A stretch of DNA of 24,025 bases from Ginkgo biloba (taxonomy: Eukaryota; Plantae; Ginkgophyta), in contig JANKJI020000001.1 of NCBI GenBank assembly GCA_024626585.2, forward strand, positions 5,085,766-5,109,790. Direction: 5' to 3'. This document shows positions 21,842 through 24,025 of the stretch, in pieces. Numbering within the stretch: position 1 is the stretch's first letter; each line of letters begins with the position of its first letter. The position numbers and the translations under genes were made by a program. A model generated the notes under the pieces. That model made no database searches, had not been told where the DNA came from, and worked only from the letters and a program-made list of their open reading frames with translations.

Positions 21842-22031
21842 TGATCTCCTATGCTGAGATAGGAGTGGGCAAATAGATTTAGGAATCTATTTATAAAATG
21901 CACATAGACTAAGATGAATATTTAGCCCTGTTGTAAATATAAAACTTTGCATATAATCTCATAGAAAAGAAATGAACATAGAAATAAATGTGTACAAGAA
22001 TAATTTATATTTATGTACATTAACTTCACAT
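21842..22031 (-). repeat. LTR terminal segment, copy B (runs into gap)
   Basis: TGATCTCCTATGCTGAGATAGGAG...TTAACTTCACAT, homologous to 18684-18870. Confidence 0.85.
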
Positions 22032-24025
22032 NNNNNNNNNNNNNNNNNNNNNNNNNNNNNNNNNNNNNNNNNNNNNNNNNNNNNNNNNNNNNNNNNNNNN
22101 NNNNNNNNNNNNNNNNNNNNNNNNNNNNNNNNNNNNNNNNNNNNNNNNNNNNNNNNNNNNNNNNNNNNNNNNNNNNNNNNNNNNNNNNNNNNNNNNNNNN
22201 NNNNNNNNNNNNNNNNNNNNNNNNNNNNNNNNNNNNNNNNNNNNNNNNNNNNNNNNNNNNNNNNNNNNNNNNNNNNNNNNNNNNNNNNNNNNNNNNNNNN
22301 NNNNNNNNNNNNNNNNNNNNNNNNNNNNNNNNNNNNNNNNNNNNNNNNNNNNNNNNNNNNNNNNNNNNNNNNNNNNNNNNNNNNNNNNNNNNNNNNNNNN
22401 NNNNNNNNNNNNNNNNNNNNNNNNNNNNNNNNNNNNNNNNNNNNNNNNNNNNNNNNNNNNNNNNNNNNNNNNNNNNNNNNNNNNNNNNNNNNNNNNNNNN
22501 NNNNNNNNNNNNNNNNNNNNNNNNNNNNNNNNNNNNNNNNNNNNNNNNNNNNNNNNNNNNNNNNNNNNNNNNNNNNNNNNNNNNNNNNNNNNNNNNNNNN
22601 NNNNNNNNNNNNNNNNNNNNNNNNNNNNNNNNNNNNNNNNNNNNNNNNNNNNNNNNNNNNNNNNNNNNNNNNNNNNNNNNNNNNNNNNNNNNNNNNNNNN
22701 NNNNNNNNNNNNNNNNNNNNNNNNNNNNNNNNNNNNNNNNNNNNNNNNNNNNNNNNNNNNNNNNNNNNNNNNNNNNNNNNNNNNNNNNNNNNNNNNNNNN
22801 NNNNNNNNNNNNNNNNNNNNNNNNNNNNNNNNNNNNNNNNNNNNNNNNNNNNNNNNNNNNNNNNNNNNNNNNNNNNNNNNNNNNNNNNNNNNNNNNNNNN
22901 NNNNNNNNNNNNNNNNNNNNNNAAATTGATAGGGGATATAAAATACTAACTACTCTAGAAAAAAAAAAATAATTTATCCACTATGTAGATAAATAAACCA
23001 CTAGACTAACCATACAATTGCACCTAGAAAACACATCTATTCATTCTTCATCACAAAGCAAATTAAGAAACAAAGAAATAAGAATAAACAAAGGTGACAT
23101 TAATTTCATTATAGACACATGCATGCAAGATTTACATCATGGATTATAGACTATATATGGAAGACATTGGGTTTTGAGCCATTACTCTAAGAAATCCTGA
23201 TGCATATCTTCATACATAAATTTCTATTGTAAATTCCTACTTTGCCAATCATAGAAAAAATAAAATCCAACAACAATATACTCTCTACTTCTTTCTTTAG
23301 CTATCCACTTCCTCTCCATTCTTCTACTCTTTGATCCTTATATTTTGAATCTCTCCCGTGAAATTTTAAAGTTGAGGATATAAGTATCCCAAGATTCAAG
23401 GGTGTAGACCTTCATTCTGTTGCTTGTCCTTTTTATGGCTCTAGTGGAACCTTCTATTGATGGCAACCGTTAACTATTGACGGTTATCATTGCAAGTTAT
23501 AATCCAAGTTATAGCTAGTGCCTAGTGGACAAGCACTGACTACTCAACATTAATCTCTTTCATGTAGTTAATGCTGATAGTAATGCATGTGAATCCTCTA
23601 TCAGTGATCCTTTAGAAAGAGACTCAAAGGTAGGGTCTTTAGGGCCTCTAAGGAACATACTCATTGGTAAAATCATAAATGGATAACTAATCCTAGACAT
23701 CGTAGATAGATTTGGCAAAGACCTTGTAATAGGCTAAATAGTGTACCCTGGCATATATTGCTTAGCGTTTAATTATTCATTATGCATAATTAGAGTTCTT
23801 GGATCCACTACTAGTGATAGGCCCTATGGTAATGAAGGGCCAACAATCACTATGGTATGTATTGGTGATAGAGGAAGTGATAATAAAATGACCAAAGGTT
23901 GTGAAGGTGAATCAAATTGGATGCTATCATAGGGCTAGTTGGATGAGGAAGTGAAGGTATTATTTCCATCTCTAAAAAGATAAGAGGGGAAAAAATGACT
24001 ACTATAGGTTACTAACTAGTTGACA

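Larger units (their letters stand above)
18684..22031 (-). mobile_element. Putative non-autonomous LTR retrotransposon (3' LTR about 18684-19743, 5' LTR from 21842 into the gap)
   Basis: Direct repeat 18684-18870 vs 21842-22031, both starting TGAT on the plus strand (ending ATCA on minus). A PBS-like site adjoins the right copy and a PPT+TG lies at 19743-19758. There is a minus-strand TATAAAA near 19405-19411. No gag/pol is recognisable between the repeats. Confidence 0.65.

Noticed and set aside
21972-22972. 325-aa and 319-aa ORFs, and the other ORFs containing X runs
   Set aside because: Artefacts of reading through N gaps.
22979-22986. TATGT at 22982 as the right-hand TSD of the LTR element
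   Set aside because: It is separated from the CA by an extra base, and the preceding sequence does not match the left LTR's U3 end.
22923-24025. Retroelement-like decayed sequence, including ORF 23741-23932
   Set aside because: Composition suggests an old TE, but I could not recover a diagnostic domain motif.
1-24025. CRISPR arrays, prokaryotic defence or operon systems, tRNA/rRNA genes
   Set aside because: No regularly spaced short repeats, cloverleaf or rRNA motifs, or operon-like gene density. The sequence is plant nuclear DNA.

Overview
Eukaryotic, AT-rich, gap-ridden land-plant genomic DNA (a large repeat-rich genome such as a gymnosperm is my inference). It contains one complete DUF1644-family zinc-finger gene (CDS 9176-10366, single coding exon, probable TATA promoter and 5'-UTR intron). 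A second, 5'-truncated but still open DUF1644 paralog (12365-13141, about 71% aa identity over the 125-aa core by manual count) follows, directly behind an LTR-like block. The flanks are decayed Ty3/gypsy remnants (gag, RT, RNase H). The main points of interest are: (1) an in-frame splice donor in copy 1 sits at the point where homology with copy 2 begins, so a chimeric full-length isoform is possible; (2) a minus-strand LTR element (repeats at 18684 and 21842, PBS, PPT) shows no gag/pol but carries a host AGT2 aminotransferase fragment directly behind its PBS, a possible PPR fragment and a decayed ~335-codon ORF of unknown function. No prokaryotic systems, CRISPR arrays or RNA genes were seen. 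All alignments were done by eye, and 100-N gaps at 6055, 10816 and 20816 make some adjacencies uncertain.
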